Numbered from the stretch's first letter, positions 35,412 through 48,824 are shown. The stretch is DNA of 64,000 bases from Zygnema circumcarinatum SAG 698-1b (GCA_037447605.1 CM074804.1:5867909-5931908), one strand, 5' to 3'. Notes: generated from the letters alone by a model not told the origin. Program-made: numbers and translations.

Positions 35412-37718
35412 ATGAGAGGTCCAGTCGTCTCCAGTAGGAAAGGCACAAAGCAGAGGAGAAACGGAAAACCTGAAGCCAATCGAGTGGAGATACGGCAGGA
35501 GGAAGAAGGAGAGGAGGATGGGAAGGGAGTGCAGGAGGAGAAGGATGCCGGGAATTTCGAGGAAGAGGGAGGTGATAACGACTTGGACAATGGCGAGGAA
35601 GATGACGAAGAAGTAGAAGAGGAGGATATAAATGTCGATGAAAGAGCAAATAAGGCAGCACGCAAGGGGAAGTCTGTGGAGAAGAAGCGAAAATGTAGTG
35701 CGGTCACCTCGATTGATGTCTCATTTGAGGATGAGCAGGTGCGATTTTCTCGTCGTCAACAGTTGAGAGATTGTGGCCTTTGTGCTGAGGCCTCTGCTTT
35801 TCTATCCTCCAGTCAGCCTTATCTTCTCTCCATTCTGCAGGGTTGCTTTCGGACATGGTGCGCTTGTTTGGCTGTGATGAAACTGCAATGTTTGATCATT
35901 GACGGCAAGAAGGTCTCTAGTGCTTCCATCTGCGCGTGATCTTACTGCAAAGGGGGTGCTTTTGGTAAACATTTGCTGTATGTGATTTTTTTGTTTGGGT
36001 AAATGTCATTCTCGTTGCTGCAGGAAATCCAAAGGGCAATGGTTGAACTGCCTGAAACACACCAAGAGGAGAAGGCTCGACTACTAAGCCATTATGTGGA
36101 TTCTTTTGCTTATTGGAAGTTTCAACTGGGGTAAGAAGTTTTGCCATTTATCTCTCACTGAAATACTTTGAGCAATTAATGCAACATCGTAGCCAATTTT
36201 ATTTCTGAATTCTGCAATCGCCATAATCCTGTGCAGGCATGGCTTCAATCTTCTCTTTTATGGCTTTGGATCTAAACGAGGTTTACTTGAGCAGTTTGCA
36301 TCAGAGGCGCTCACTGATGGCGCTGCTGTTGTGGTTAACGGCTTCCTGCCCAACATCAATCTGAAGCAGGTAAATTCTAATGTCAGGAGACATTTTATTC
36401 GTCTAAGATGTTTGCGGTTGCCCACCAACGTTATCAATCACAAAGCGCCTCATGTCAGTGACGGGAATCAGGATGAAGTAACAATGTTTAGTTTCTTGCA
36501 ACTCGTTGCGTATTTTAGCGACAGTGTGGTTTCCGTATGCCCAGCATTGTTTCTCTCTTGCCCAGGAAAAAAAGTACGGAAACTGCTGATGCTTTAATTT
36601 TACAATATGTGCAGGTGTTGACTATCATCTCAGACCTCATCTGGCAGCAAGTAAAGGAAAAAATGGCTGAGGAGGAGCAGCCATCAAGTTCCAGCACTAT
36701 GGAAGAGCTTCTCTCTTTCCTCGCTCAGCAAGATGGTGGTGCCTATCTCTATCTTATCCTTCACAATATAGATGGCCCTTCTTTGAGGACGATTGAAGTG
36801 CAACGTACCTTAGCGGCCATGGCTGCCTGCTCTTGTGTGCGGCTCCTGGCGTCCATTGATAATGTGACTGCACCCCTATGTGAGTGTTTGCTTTCCACTC
36901 TCAACGCCTCTGCCATGTTCATACATGTTAGCTTAGCAACTTTGCCACACAAGGCTAACTGTTGGACGGTCCCGGCGTCTTTTACTACCTAACCTCTCGG
37001 GCTAGCTTGTGTATGTACCTTGCTTCAGCTGTTACCTTCAACGCCTGACGCTTGCATTCAATCTTCGTTGTTATCCTTGCCTTGTAAAAATGTCCAGAGC
37101 AGTGCGATGGAATCCCAACCTGATTGTGGGTGACGCCAGTGTGGGATAAGCAGATGGCAACTACACAGCTGAACTGGTGGTGGCAGCATACTCCAACCTA
37201 TGCGAACTATGCGGCTGAAGCTGCCCTAATCCCTCCCCTGCTAACCTCTAAAGGAGACAGAAGAGGAGCTCGAAGTGCAGCCGTAGTCTTGCGGAGTTTA
37301 ACGCCAAACGCTCGCAGCGTTTTCCGCTTATTGGCTGAGTTCCAACTTAAGCATCCGGAGGAAGCAGGTGAGGAGGAGGATGAGAGTACAGGGAGCAGAG
37401 AATGCTTGGATGCTCTGAGGCCATTAAGCATAAGTTTAAGTGTTCACTGGGATTGAATTCTTATTTTACATGAAGCTGAAACTGACCCTTCTTATTCTCG
37501 GTGCAGGTTTGCCCTTTCATCGCTGGTACACCCTCTGCCGTGAGAAGTTTCTCGTGAGCAGCGAGCCGACCCTGCGCGCCCATCAGACGGAGTTTCGAGA
37601 TCACGAGCTGCTCCGCACAAAGCGGGGGGCTGATGGGCGGGACTGCCTCTACATTCCTCTGCCAGCCCAGTCTTTATCGCGATTGTTAGAGGAAATGGAA
37701 GGTGCTGCTGATGCATAG
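35412..37718 (+). CDS. ORC2: Origin recognition complex subunit 2, multi-exon
   Basis: Acidic N-terminus; [23 protein letters not shown]; [14 protein letters not shown]; [14 protein letters not shown]; [15 protein letters not shown]; [21 protein letters not shown]; [22 protein letters not shown]. Confidence 0.96.
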
Positions 37719-38065
37719 CTTGAAGAGTCCACAGCTTGGTGACTTCTTACATAGTCCGTCAGCTTTTGTGGGCAAGAGAGGACCATCAATGATAAAGGCT
37801 TTGAGCTTCTGTGCCAAGAGTTCCGTACTGTTTATGTCCACCCTCCAGCTGGGCAAGAATGAAGACAGGGCCATTTTTTTTCATTCACATCACGCGCTGC
37901 TCTTGGTTTTACATGGACCTGCTCTTTCTGAAGTAACCGATTCTGACCCTCTCCTGCTTGCTCATGCGAACGATGGCTTCCCATGGCGAGCGTGCTTGTT
38001 CGGCTGGTTGCGGGGGTCCTCCCGGGCATGGACTGTGCTTGTGCGCGATACACCTGCGCGCTCCG

Positions 38066-38425
38066 CTCCTCTCCTCTCCTCTCCTCTCCTCTCCTCTCCT
38101 CTCCTCTCCTCTCCTCTCCTCTCCTCTCCCTCTCCTCTCCTCTCCTCTCCTCTCCTCTCCTCTCCTCTCCTCTCCTCTCCTCTCCTCTCCTCTCCTCTCC
38201 TCTCCTCTCCTCTCCTCTCTCTCCTCTCCTCTCCTCTCCTCTCCTCTCCTCTCCTCTCCTCTCCCTCTCCTCTCCTCTCTCCTCTCCTCTCCTCTCCTCT
38301 CCTCTCCTCTCCTCTCCTCTCTCCTCTCCTCCTCCTCTCCTCTCCTCTCCTCTCCTCTCTCTCCTCTCCTCTCCTCCTCTCCTCTCCTCTCCCTCTCCTC
38401 TCCTCTCCTCTCCTCTCCTCTCCTC
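38066..38425. repeat. (CTCCT)n microsatellite, about 360 bp, imperfect
   Basis: Direct reading. It produces the spurious SSPLL/EERRG ORFs in the ORF track. Confidence 0.98.
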
Positions 38426-38689
38426 TTCTCCCTCACCTCTCCTCTTCTCTCCCACCATTGCGGTCTGCGCATTCGCTCCCGGGGCCGTTCCCTTCTCACA
38501 CGAGGGCCTCCCTCCCTCGCGGGTCGCCCTGCGCGGGCCTGAGTTCGACCTCCTTCCCGCCCTCTTCAGCCGCACACTCACTCCTCTCTCACGAGGAGAG
38601 CGCAGGTCGGACCGTTGGATCAACCATTCGAATGCTTGCGAACAATTGATTCACGACGCAGCCAACCTTTGCCAATGGCTGCAGTCATT

Positions 38690-38889
38690 GGATGCCAATG
38701 GTTGTCAACTGATGAAATGGTTTGCGAAACATTGGCCGTCCAACTATTGGATGCCAATGGTTGCCAATCACTGGATTCATCATTGGTTGCGTCCGATGGT
38801 TGCGAACCATTGGCCTTCCAACCATTGGATGCCAATGGTTGCCAACCATTGGATGCCAATGGTTGCCAACCATTGGATGCCAATGGTTG
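38690..38889. repeat. Palindromic 24-bp minisatellite CCAACCATTGGATGCCAATGGTTG: 3 perfect copies plus degenerate upstream copies
   Basis: Perfect units at 38818, 38842 and 38866. Degenerate CATTGGATGCCAATGGTTG near 38684 and 38745. Confidence 0.93.
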
Positions 38890-39201
38890 TCCAGCCGTCG
38901 ATCCCATGGTCTTGTACCCTGCCTCGGTCCCGCGTCCCTCTCAAGTCAAATAGTTGCCGTACACATCCGGTCCAGACAATGTACGGACCCAGCATACTCC
39001 AAGAAGATACGATATATCACAATATGTCCCGCGATACTGCCGACGAGTCCCCGGCGGTGCGCGGCGCGGTCCCGCGGGCCAATCGCGGCGCGGGGCGGCG
39101 CGGCGCCACGCGGCGGGCGGGGCCGGGCCGGGCTGGGCTTCACTTGTACCGCGGGCCCCCGGCTAACGGGAAGGAGGGAGGGAGCAGAGCGGAGAGAGAG
39201 G

Positions 39202-41238
39202 ATGGCGCCCTCGCCCTCGCTCTCGCCCTCAGCCTCGGCCTCGCCCTCCGCGCGGTGGACGACGGGCCTCTGCGGGTGCAGCGAGGACTGCGCGATCTGT
39301 GAGTCGCCGCCAGGCAGCCCCAACCAAGCCCGAGCCTCACGCCGGCGCGGATACCGGGGGGGGGAGGGGGGGGAGAGGCGGGTGCGGAGTAGAGGGAGGG
39401 GAGAATGCTTTTCGGTGAAGGCAAGGTAGCAGGAATGAGCCATGTATTTTTCTCAATTGTGAGGTGTCCTTATGAGGATACGTGTCTACAATGAGGCAAT
39501 TCGCTCATTACATGCTGAATGATCAAGATTATGCAGGAAAAGATGGTTGGCTTGGCAATCCTTTGAGACAATTAGTAAAGTGTCTAACTCGCATTGAAGA
39601 GGAGGCGTGCTGCAGGCTGGTGCACTTTATTCTGTCCGTGCGTGCAAATAGGGCGCAACATTGAAATCATTACGGATGGCGGCCAGGGTGCGTCTCACAA
39701 ACTCTTTACCTAGACATTCATATTCTGCAGGAGCTATCATTTGGGTGCTTCATAAGGCAATGCGCGCAGATAAGGCACGAAGAAAATGCAAAAGCGCCTC
39801 CTTTTTTCATGCGCACTCTCTGCTATTCCTTTCACTGCAATTACCATGCTGAGCACATCCCTCTAGCAGCTGGAAACTAAGGCAGGATGGTCCCTCTTGT
39901 CCTTGTTGAACTGAGCACAAGGATCACTTGGGTGCACCTTCGTTTTCAGGTCATGTTGTTGAAAAGCTAATAGAGATGCTATGAGTGCTTCGACTGTTTT
40001 TCCACTGCATACGAATAATAGCACACTATAGACAATATGGATAAGGAAAATGGACAGCTCACTTTTGACTTTGATCCGTGGGAAAAAAGCTAGTAATCGG
40101 ATTGAGACTCCTATGCCTCAGACCGAGGAGTCTCAAGCAAACAAACAGACAAGGGGTGCCTAAAGGCAGCACAGAGATTTCATTTCTATTTAGCGCTATG
40201 ATTATTGTGGAAATATAACGTGTTCGACTACAATCCTGTATCCGTTCATGTTTAGCTTTGAAGATAATGTGGGACTCAGTTTCGACTGTGTGTGCATAGA
40301 AATGGTATTGTACATATCGAAGGGTTCAGATCCTGGCAAAGATGTCCGTATATGATGAGGTTCTACATCTTGTCATGTCGTGGAAAAAAATTGAATTGAA
40401 TAAAGGTGACCTAGACATCCATCTTCTAAGTGAGCTATGCTGATGCCATTGAGGGTGATGATGGTCATCGTGATTAGATAAAGGCCGTATGTCATATGGA
40501 CGGATGTCCTCAGACACAGGCAGCTTTATCCCCTTTTGCTCGACACAAATGTACCAATTCATAAATAAGGAAACTCTTCCAGTCTGATGCAGTTAGTCAT
40601 GTTTTGCAGAGAGGTAGTGACCCTGCAGTGAGCTGCAGACTATCAGCTTGTTATGACTACTGCCAGGACGAGGGTAATGTCAGGTCGATTTGTGAACCAG
40701 GCTCCCCTCTCTAACATTGGAAATCCGATTTTTCCATTCTCTATCTGATGTGGTGCGCTTGCCATCTTTCAGACTGTTGCACCGCCGGATGCTTGTGGTA
40801 CATTGTCACTCTCTCCACTGGGGGTCTTTTGAGTTGCGTCTACACGTGCACATTTCGCGGGCAGCTGCGCAGAAAGTATGCCCTGCCCGAAGCACCATGT
40901 AACGACTTCTTGCTTCACGTCTTCTGCGCGGCCTGCGCCATCTGCCAGGAGGGTCGCGAGCTCAAGAACCGTGGCTGGGACCCTGCACTGGGTATAGTTC
41001 CTGCTGAAACTCCTAAGGGCCCTGCATGCAGGCTGGTAATGTTTACTGAATTGCGGTATTGTGCCCGGAGAATCGCCATGCTTTTTCAGTTCAGTAGGCT
41101 TTCCCTATCTCGTCGAATGTAGTTCTGATGCATTGTTGACGTCATCTTCCGTTCCGTTCTGCAGGGTATCCTGGCAATATTGTCCAATTTCAGGACCTCA
41201 GCAGGCCGCCACCCTCCATGGAGATGTGTAAAATGTGA
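39202..41238 (+). CDS. PLAC8-family cysteine-rich membrane protein (PCR/CNR/FW2.2-like), 4 exons
   Basis: Spliced translation: WTTGLCGCSEDCAIC|WCTLFCPCVQIGRNIEIITDG|...CVYTCTFRGQLRRKYALPEAPCNDFLLHVFCAACAICQEGRELKNRGWDP. The short second exon lies near 39618-39688. Confidence 0.93.
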
Positions 41239-42859
41239 TCCTGACGCGCTAATGACGCCTGTCAGTCCCACTCCCCTATTTCCCGTCACGTACTTGTGAC
41301 CTTCTCCATTTATGTACAGCCTATTGTACATAACAGCGCTTGCCAAGCGAGCAAGCAGAGGCTTTTGTTCTTGCCCTTCGTCCCTCACTTTTTGTTCGTT
41401 AGTTTGTTTGCTTGTATACTGTTTTCCTCCTGGAACTGCCGATTACAATCGCAGCTTTAGCACATTCTATTTGGGCATGTGAGTGTGCTACTCGCCACTA
41501 GTGCTTGCTTAGCTTCTGGCGGTTGTCTATTGGGACTGCTGTCAAATACTCAGGTCTTAGCCATAGTTATAGGCCAAATTTCTATGATAAAGCTCCCTTG
41601 TAGACCGCTTGGGAAATGTTTCCAGTAAGGTTAGTTCTCCCAAAGCAGGTAGCTGCGTTGCAGCGGCATAATTTTGCGGCCCAAGTAAGCAGTTGTTGAT
41701 GTACAAAGAAGAATAATTATGATTATTTCTTCGTTAATATATGTTCGAACTTTAATTCGGCTTCAAATGTTGCTACCACACTTCGATGAGCTGGTTGCAG
41801 TCCTTTTTCTGACCTCGGGGCTGAAGGAAAAAAAACTGAAATGCAAGGACCTTTCTGAGTGGTCCCATTTATTTTTATTGCTTCAAACATTTGTGGACCC
41901 AAAATCAATGATCAGTCAAAAGTCATGTCACTAGCTGCAGCACACGGCGACGAACGGGTTAAACCTGTACAAGTTGGATGCTTTCCATCTGCCAAACCAA
42001 CGACCAGGCTTTGCTTGAACAGGTCACTCGACTACGATCTGACAATAGATCGCAAGGTTGCTACTTGCTGGCCCTTTTCACGGGACCTACTCCTTTGGAC
42101 CTGCCTTGAGTGAAACAAAATTTTGGACTCCCTCAACTTTCCCCAGCTCAATTTGGACCAATTGCAAGTCCAACCGTCAAGGAACTTCCAATCCGGTAAT
42201 ACACTTTCTCGACCTCCTTCAGATCAACTCCATGTCACCGTAGTAGTTGCCAACTGCCATACTCCACATGCTGCTGGAAAACAACATGCCGCAACATGCG
42301 CAACCAAGGCGAAGGTGGAGGCAGCGTCGGTGAGGCTACCTAGTAGCTGAGGTGGCCACATCTCCATCATGCCTGTGTCGTCCGGCCAGTCGTAATCTAT
42401 CCATCAGAAGGGGGCGAAATGAGGAACACGCCGAGCCTCCCGCCGAGCAGCTCCATAGCAATCGGAAGTGTCACGCTTTCCAAGGCCGTCAAATGGAGCA
42501 GTGGTTGGCAGCAAGAGCGAACTGTGTGGAGCTATCCCCCTTGTGGGCGTTATAGAGTGACACACCTACTAACAGCCCAAAGACATAGCAGCTGAGACTC
42601 GGGGGTCGGCTGTAAGGCAGCAGAGAGGCCGCAGAGACCGCTTTCCCCTGTTCGGTGAAATGACATCGTTCCTTAGTCATCAGGCCGACTCCTTGTGCAC
42701 TATTTCCAAAGGGGTAAACAACTGCAGTTGGCATAACGACCCGGTCCTCCACGGACTGCAGGATCTCCCTGCTCCCATGTCACGAAACACACTGGCGGAA
42801 GCGTGCTTTGTACGAAATGAAGGGAGGTTATGACGCTCTCCAAAGCTTTTCCAGAAAAT

Positions 42860-45800
42860 TTAACTTGCCACGATTTGTGGCTGAGGAGGCAACAACACGG
42901 GAAGGGGCATTGTTCGAGTGCGGTTTTGTGTGCCTGACCCTAATGATCTCCCGCTTCGATGCTGGAGTCTGATGTGAAGCGCTTCAGCCATCTGAGCGGC
43001 GAAATCAGCATCCACACGCCCAATCAAAGTGGGATCGTCCGCGTACATCACATAGATTGCGGTGACTGTACTCGATATTGAAACCATTGTGATGCCAATC
43101 TGTCAGAGACGAGCCCCGATACAGCTCACCAAAGTCAGTTCAAGCAAAACAAAGCCATATTCTTTGCATACAAGCAGAGACAACCTTCGTGCAACTGGAG
43201 TGTCCTTGTAGGTCATAACTGTCAACAAACTTAAGGTACCCTTGCCTGGCGGCTGAATATCTCTGCTGCGAAGTCCAGATAACCAGAAAGATACAACTCC
43301 ATCTTTGAGGTAGAAAACTGCAACACTCAGGCTGACTACCTCTGTTGCGAATAACCAGAAAGATACAACATCGACCTTGAGGGGAAAAAACTGCAACACT
43401 CAGGCCATAGGACAGATCCCGGATTTCAAATAATTGCACTTATACACTGCATGCTGCATCCCCTCGTAGAAGTATGCGAAAACAAGTTTCAACGTTTACT
43501 GTTTCCCCCTTCCTGCTGCTCTCGATATCATCCATTGCTGAAAAATCACTTCTGAAAAACTGCATTCTGGTGCTTGTACAAAATTTCTGCAGCACTCCGA
43601 GTGAAAAAGGGGTCAACGTGACGGTGTGCTTACAGTCATTGCTCCCATGAGCATGGAAGTCGCCCCAACCATGACGACATATTCACTCTTCACGAACCAA
43701 CACCAGCAGCCAACTGCAGTCCCAATCATCAACGCCCCCAACACCATCACCATGATAAGCACCGCTCCAGTAAGGTCATATGCGATCAGAGCTTCCATTC
43801 CAGTAGATTGAAAGAGTTCCCAAACATCGCGAGATGCATGGTTGAATCCTTTTCCGTGAATTGCAACCTGTCAGAGACAATCGGGAGCACACTTATCAGT
43901 GCTTGGACACAGCAACAATCAGTGCTGCACACATCATAAAGCCAAAGAAAGTGTATTGTGCACTGAACACCCTCTTGCCCTCTGGCCCTAAGAAAAAAAG
44001 GGGGGAGGTGGGGGGGAGAGCAATACACAAGTTCAATTTTCTTTCACTTCATGAAGAAGGCCTACATAGTCAATAGTCATGCTGCCTGAGTTTCCAAACT
44101 GCGGGGGACTGCATGTTCATGCAAAGTCAGGTATAGCAGTGAGGACGAAGGAAGGTTAAGCACGGGGACCTCTACAAAGCCGTACTTGTTGAAGAAGCGC
44201 ACAAGTGTTTCTACGAGATTGAAGAGCGCATCCACACAGCAAAGCATGCACTCATTGCGGCCACAACGGGCTCGCAGCCCTCGAATCTGTTCATACAATA
44301 ACATATACCAATCAGTTCAAAGCACGTGTTTGATTGAGATGATCTCCCAATTATTATAAAGACAATGGAATAATACACAGGTTTTTTGTTAGATGCAACA
44401 GGATCCTTTAAGAGGCCAAGAACTCATCATCGTCATTCAAGCGATGTATTTAACAAAGAGTGGCGAGATACAATGGCAGGATATAGACAACAGGTGGATG
44501 GCTCTTTACGTGTCTGTAATAGTTCAACCTGGTTCAATGTCGAGCCAATGTTTCAGAGACAACAGGCGCTTGGTGAAGTAAACAAAGCAATCAGAATCCT
44601 AATAGAATGATCGAAAGGCTTCAGCCAATTACCAAGTAATAAAAGAATCTGGCCATTAACAGAAAAGGAAGAGTTTGGATAGTCTCGCTGAGCATCATTA
44701 AGACAGGATAATAGGATTTTATTTTTTAATAGGGCTCTTTCATAGCCTCTAGGCTATACCAAACCAAAAGCCTATTCTGCTGCAGCATGCGCATGGAAGA
44801 CTATTCTCAGGTCTACTCATAACCTAAAGTCAGACACAGAAGCATTCACCAACAGCCTCAGAAAACGCAGAGAAGCAAACTTGCCCTACAATTATTCTGC
44901 GGAACACAGGGCAGAATACTTACAGTCCAACGGAGAGTGCGGATGGCAGCTGTGAAAAGTGAGCCATAGCAGATGGATCCAAGTGACACAGTCAGAATAT
45001 AATACAAAGCTTGCAGAGTGGGGTATTTTGGAAGAGGCTGTGCGCCTTCCAGGCCTGAAGTCAAATGCATAGCAATGCTGCCTGCAACAGTAGAATGCAC
45101 CGTGTTGCAGAAGACTGCCCCGGTCCAGAATAGGCTGATGGAGAAAAGCTGTTGAGGGAGGTACACCGAGTCAAATCAACAACAGTACCATGTCAACCGT
45201 TTGCCATCTTTCCTTTACAAGTTGAGTTTCATTCATGCACTGCGCTATGCCTCCTCCATTCCATCGTCTATTCTCTTTACAAGACACAGCATGATATGTG
45301 AATAAAACTGTCAAAGCATACCCGCTGATCGATCAAGCAGCCAAGGATACACCCCTCAAACGCTTGCAATAATCTGCTGCCTTACCAGTATGATCCACCA
45401 TTGGCTAGGTTGATTTTGCCGAAAAGCGACCACTCCTGAGATGCCAAATGTCCACACCGCCAGCCATAACAAGAAGACAAGGACAAAACCGTACACAACC
45501 CACAATATGCCGGAAATCTTTTCAACCATCCCAACAGCTTTGCGCACCATAAGTTTAGTGAACCCAAGCCTGGCCCACAGCACCCACAATCTCTTGTGTT
45601 CAGGCGCAAGAGCAGATCAGATTAAATGCAACCAAAACTTTCCAGTGAATATCACCTGTGGACTATAAGGCCTTGCGCCACTATAAGCTTATTACAGTAG
45701 AACGAGAATTGGGACGAAAGAAATACCTGTCCATAACAGCCACAGCGTACAAAAACTGCAGCAGAGCGCCGATGGCAAAGGCGACAGCCCAAAAGTATTC

Positions 45801-47107
45801 TTCATCCCAAAAGCAGAAAACAGAAATGACAGCCAAGTACGTGCATACGCCATTTAGAGCGACCTTGATCATCTGGTCTGACTGCCATCGAAGCAGCCAC
45901 AACCATATCCACGCCAACACACATGAGGCGGCAGCTCCCATTGCATACATCGGCCAAAAATCTTCCGTCTGATTCCGTGTTTGTTTGTGCCATCTTTGCC
46001 TTCCAAATCTGACGGAAACGTAGGCCACTACCGCCAAATGTGCGAGCCACAAAAGCAGCCAAAACACATCGCGAGGCCAACGTCTCCCTGCCTCCTGTGC
46101 TTGCAATATTCTGCCGAAAGACTGACTCCGTGGAGTGTCTAATTGACCATTGCTATCTCGACGTCCAACCTCCTCATCACCCTGCAGCACGTCGCACACA
46201 ACGTAGGAGGAGAAAACTCAGCCTTGTGTTTACACGCAGGTGAAATGTTTGGGAGGTTCCCTCTTTGCTGCAGAAATTACTCTTTCTGAGATGCCAGTTG
46301 GCATAAGGTAAATGAACCACACACACATAACTTTACCAACATGGTTACATCTCTTCCTTTACCTTATTGCTACAAAACATATTGTCGGGATATTTTGCAA
46401 TATCACGTCAGTTTCACTACATCGTGCAAGTGAGAACTATTTTTGTCCCAAGCTCTGACAGGCATCAGCAAGGGCGTTATAAAACTAACACGTTGAACGC
46501 TACAAGAAGGTTTGACATGATAGGAACCTTTGAGTAGTGCCAAAGTTACAATTCAGGCTTTTACGAGGCATTGCTGTAACAGAGCTGCAAAAGAATGACC
46601 CATATGATTGACCAGCTATTCAGAACTTGCAATACACATAAGAGTAAAAAGTGGTTTCAAGAGCACAATGTAGTCCAAACCTTCGTTTACAATGTAATAT
46701 GAAGGTGCCAAAAAGCCACGAGTGAGGTAATGCCACGTTTCAGGCACATTCTATTTTGAAAGGATAATATCAACTTAACAGAGAAAGGCCAAGTTGCCGT
46801 AAAGAAAAACATTGAGCCCCCTTGCAAACCGTCAATATGCTGACGGCAAGTACGGACGCAGGTGTCATACAGAGAGCATGGGCGAAGGAAAACGAGCCGC
46901 AGCCTCAGACGTACTGCATACGTTCAACAATAAGCTCGACTTCCAGCATGTAAATTCCATTATTGTGACATACTCCATTCCTCCAAGACCAAGAATTAAC
47001 CTAAGAATAAAATTAGAAAATACCTCCTCCGGTGTGCTGTATGCATCGTCAGACGCTTCCGATAGTTCGTCCGGTTCCGAAACGCCGTCAGCAGTGTCTC
47101 TCCGCAT
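42860..47107 (-). CDS. Choline transporter-like (CTL/SLC44, PNS1-type) membrane protein, multi-exon
   Basis: RRWPRDVFWLLLWLAHL; multiple TM segments; LTVSLGSICYGSLFTAAIRTLR; RFFNKYGFVEV; MEALIAYDLTGAVLIM; MVSISSTVTAIYVMYADDP. The start at 47107 (MRRDTADG...TPEE|) is inferred from the splice donor. Confidence 0.85.
43261..43407. repeat. Imperfect 72-bp tandem duplication in the last CTL intron
   Basis: ATAACCAGAAAGATACAAC...AAAACTGCAACACTCAGGC occurs at 43279 and 43351. Confidence 0.85.
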
Positions 47108-47836
47108 ATCCTCCTCTCAGCCCTCCTTTTGCCAATCTTACTACCACCTCAACCATAAAAATCCTTTGTCTCCTATCCCAAAAACCGTGATAATCCCTAC
47201 AAGCCCTACAATATCGCATCAATCATAGCCGTACGAACAAACCGCCTACCTGCAATCCTTTCCAACCTCGCCCATGCTGCCCCTCCCAAATAGCTCCCCC
47301 TTCACCTACCTCATCCCCCTGTAATCGCACCCAGAACGGCCTCCTTTCCAGTGCTTCGATGCGTGCGCAGCCTTCCTGAGCCCTCTTCCCCTCCTGCAGG
47401 CGAGCTCCTGCAGGCCTGGGACTGGGTCTTGCAAGGCTCCAGATTCCTTGCAAGCCAGCCGCAAGGCGGCCCCACCCGAGGCCTCCCCCTTGCAGCCGTC
47501 AGCGGGCTAGGACGCGCAGCTTCCGCGAAGGTGAGCCCCGCCGGCTCGCCGCCGGCGAATCCCTGCGGGACTCGGCTTGACCGTCACATGTGCAAAGGGC
47601 AGTTATGAAACCCGTCCAACCAGTGAGGGTGCGCTTTGCCACATGTGTCGTCCTCCATTACGCGCGGGAAAGGACGGGGTTATCTGCGGTGGATGTTCTG
47701 CTGACGTCACGCGAGGGCGGCACTCGCTGGCACAGCATTCGCTCAACAGCGAGCCTCTGTCGCGGCAGTATGATCGTACATAGTACGGACGCGGCTGAAG
47801 TACAGTACAGTACAGTGGGCTGGCTTCAGCAGAACT

Positions 47837-47995
47837 AGGGGGTGTCAGACTTAACAAAATCTTACGAAAAGGGTTACGAAAAAAAAGGTTACGAAAGTAC
47901 TCCGCCGCAGGAGGATCGCGATTATACTGGAGTACTAGTTCTGATTTCAAACTTACGAACACGCGTACTGAATTTTTTTAAGTCTGACACCCCCT
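47837..47995. mobile_element. 159-bp MITE of the same family as 27470, with 3-bp TSD ACT
   Basis: Perfect 18-bp TIR AGGGGGTGTCAGACTTAA...TTAAGTCTGACACCCCCT. ACT at 47834-47836 and 47996-47998. Shares internal AAAATCTTACGAA and CAAACTTACGAAC with copy 1. Confidence 0.9.
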
Positions 47996-48824
47996 ACTGT
48001 AACGAGAGATCGTACTTGCGCTAGCGGCAACTACAGCACAGTACGGGGCAACTTGGTAATTGTAATGATGACGTCACGATTGTGGCGGCAGTGGCGCACA
48101 GACAACAACATTCGACGAGCGTTCACACGAGGCCTTTTTGCGACGCCCTTTCGAGGGCGGGGGGGCGGGCGGCCGGGCGGGCGGGCGTGCCTTCTGGCGA
48201 CGGTGTTCCAGTGACCGCGAACACGAAGCTCTCGGCTTTCGACGTGCAGTACGGTCGTGGCGGCACAGCAAAGCCTGATTCTTGGAATTTCCGGAAAGCA
48301 GATTGAACTTGACGTGTACAACTAAGTGTACATGCCGCATGGCATGGCATGGAAAAGGCATGGCATGCCGCAGTGCCGTGGTTACATGACGTTGGATTGA
48401 AGGTGGCGTTCAATTGCCCCCCCTCCCGCGGAGGGACGAGGACATGTAACCTGCTGTTGCGAAGGCCCTGATCAAGAAAACGGAAACCGTCCTCATACTC
48501 AACATCGACGTCGCACAATTCCAGAAAAGAAATTCCAAATAAGGACCCTCAAGGAACGGCTTGCAAGACGTACTCAACACCTTGATTCACAAAAGTCGCG
48601 TGTAGGAAAGAATAAATTTGTGTTCGTAATCGGATCTACAGAGAAGCATAGACGTAAGCTCATTGTCCGTGGAATTTTAAAACCCCCGCAACACTGTAAA
48701 ACGACATCTATGCAACACTTTCACTAATGCAAGTCGAGAAATCCTTTTTCGAGAAATCATAACTAAAAAACCAGCGTTCTGCAGAGGGACCATAGAAGAA
48801 TGCATCGGATTCAAGTCCATGCCT

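Noticed and set aside
37702-39302. 315-439 aa ORFs with SSPLL/EERRG and NHWMPMVA repeats
   Set aside because: These are translations of the (CTCCT)n microsatellite and the 24-bp minisatellite.
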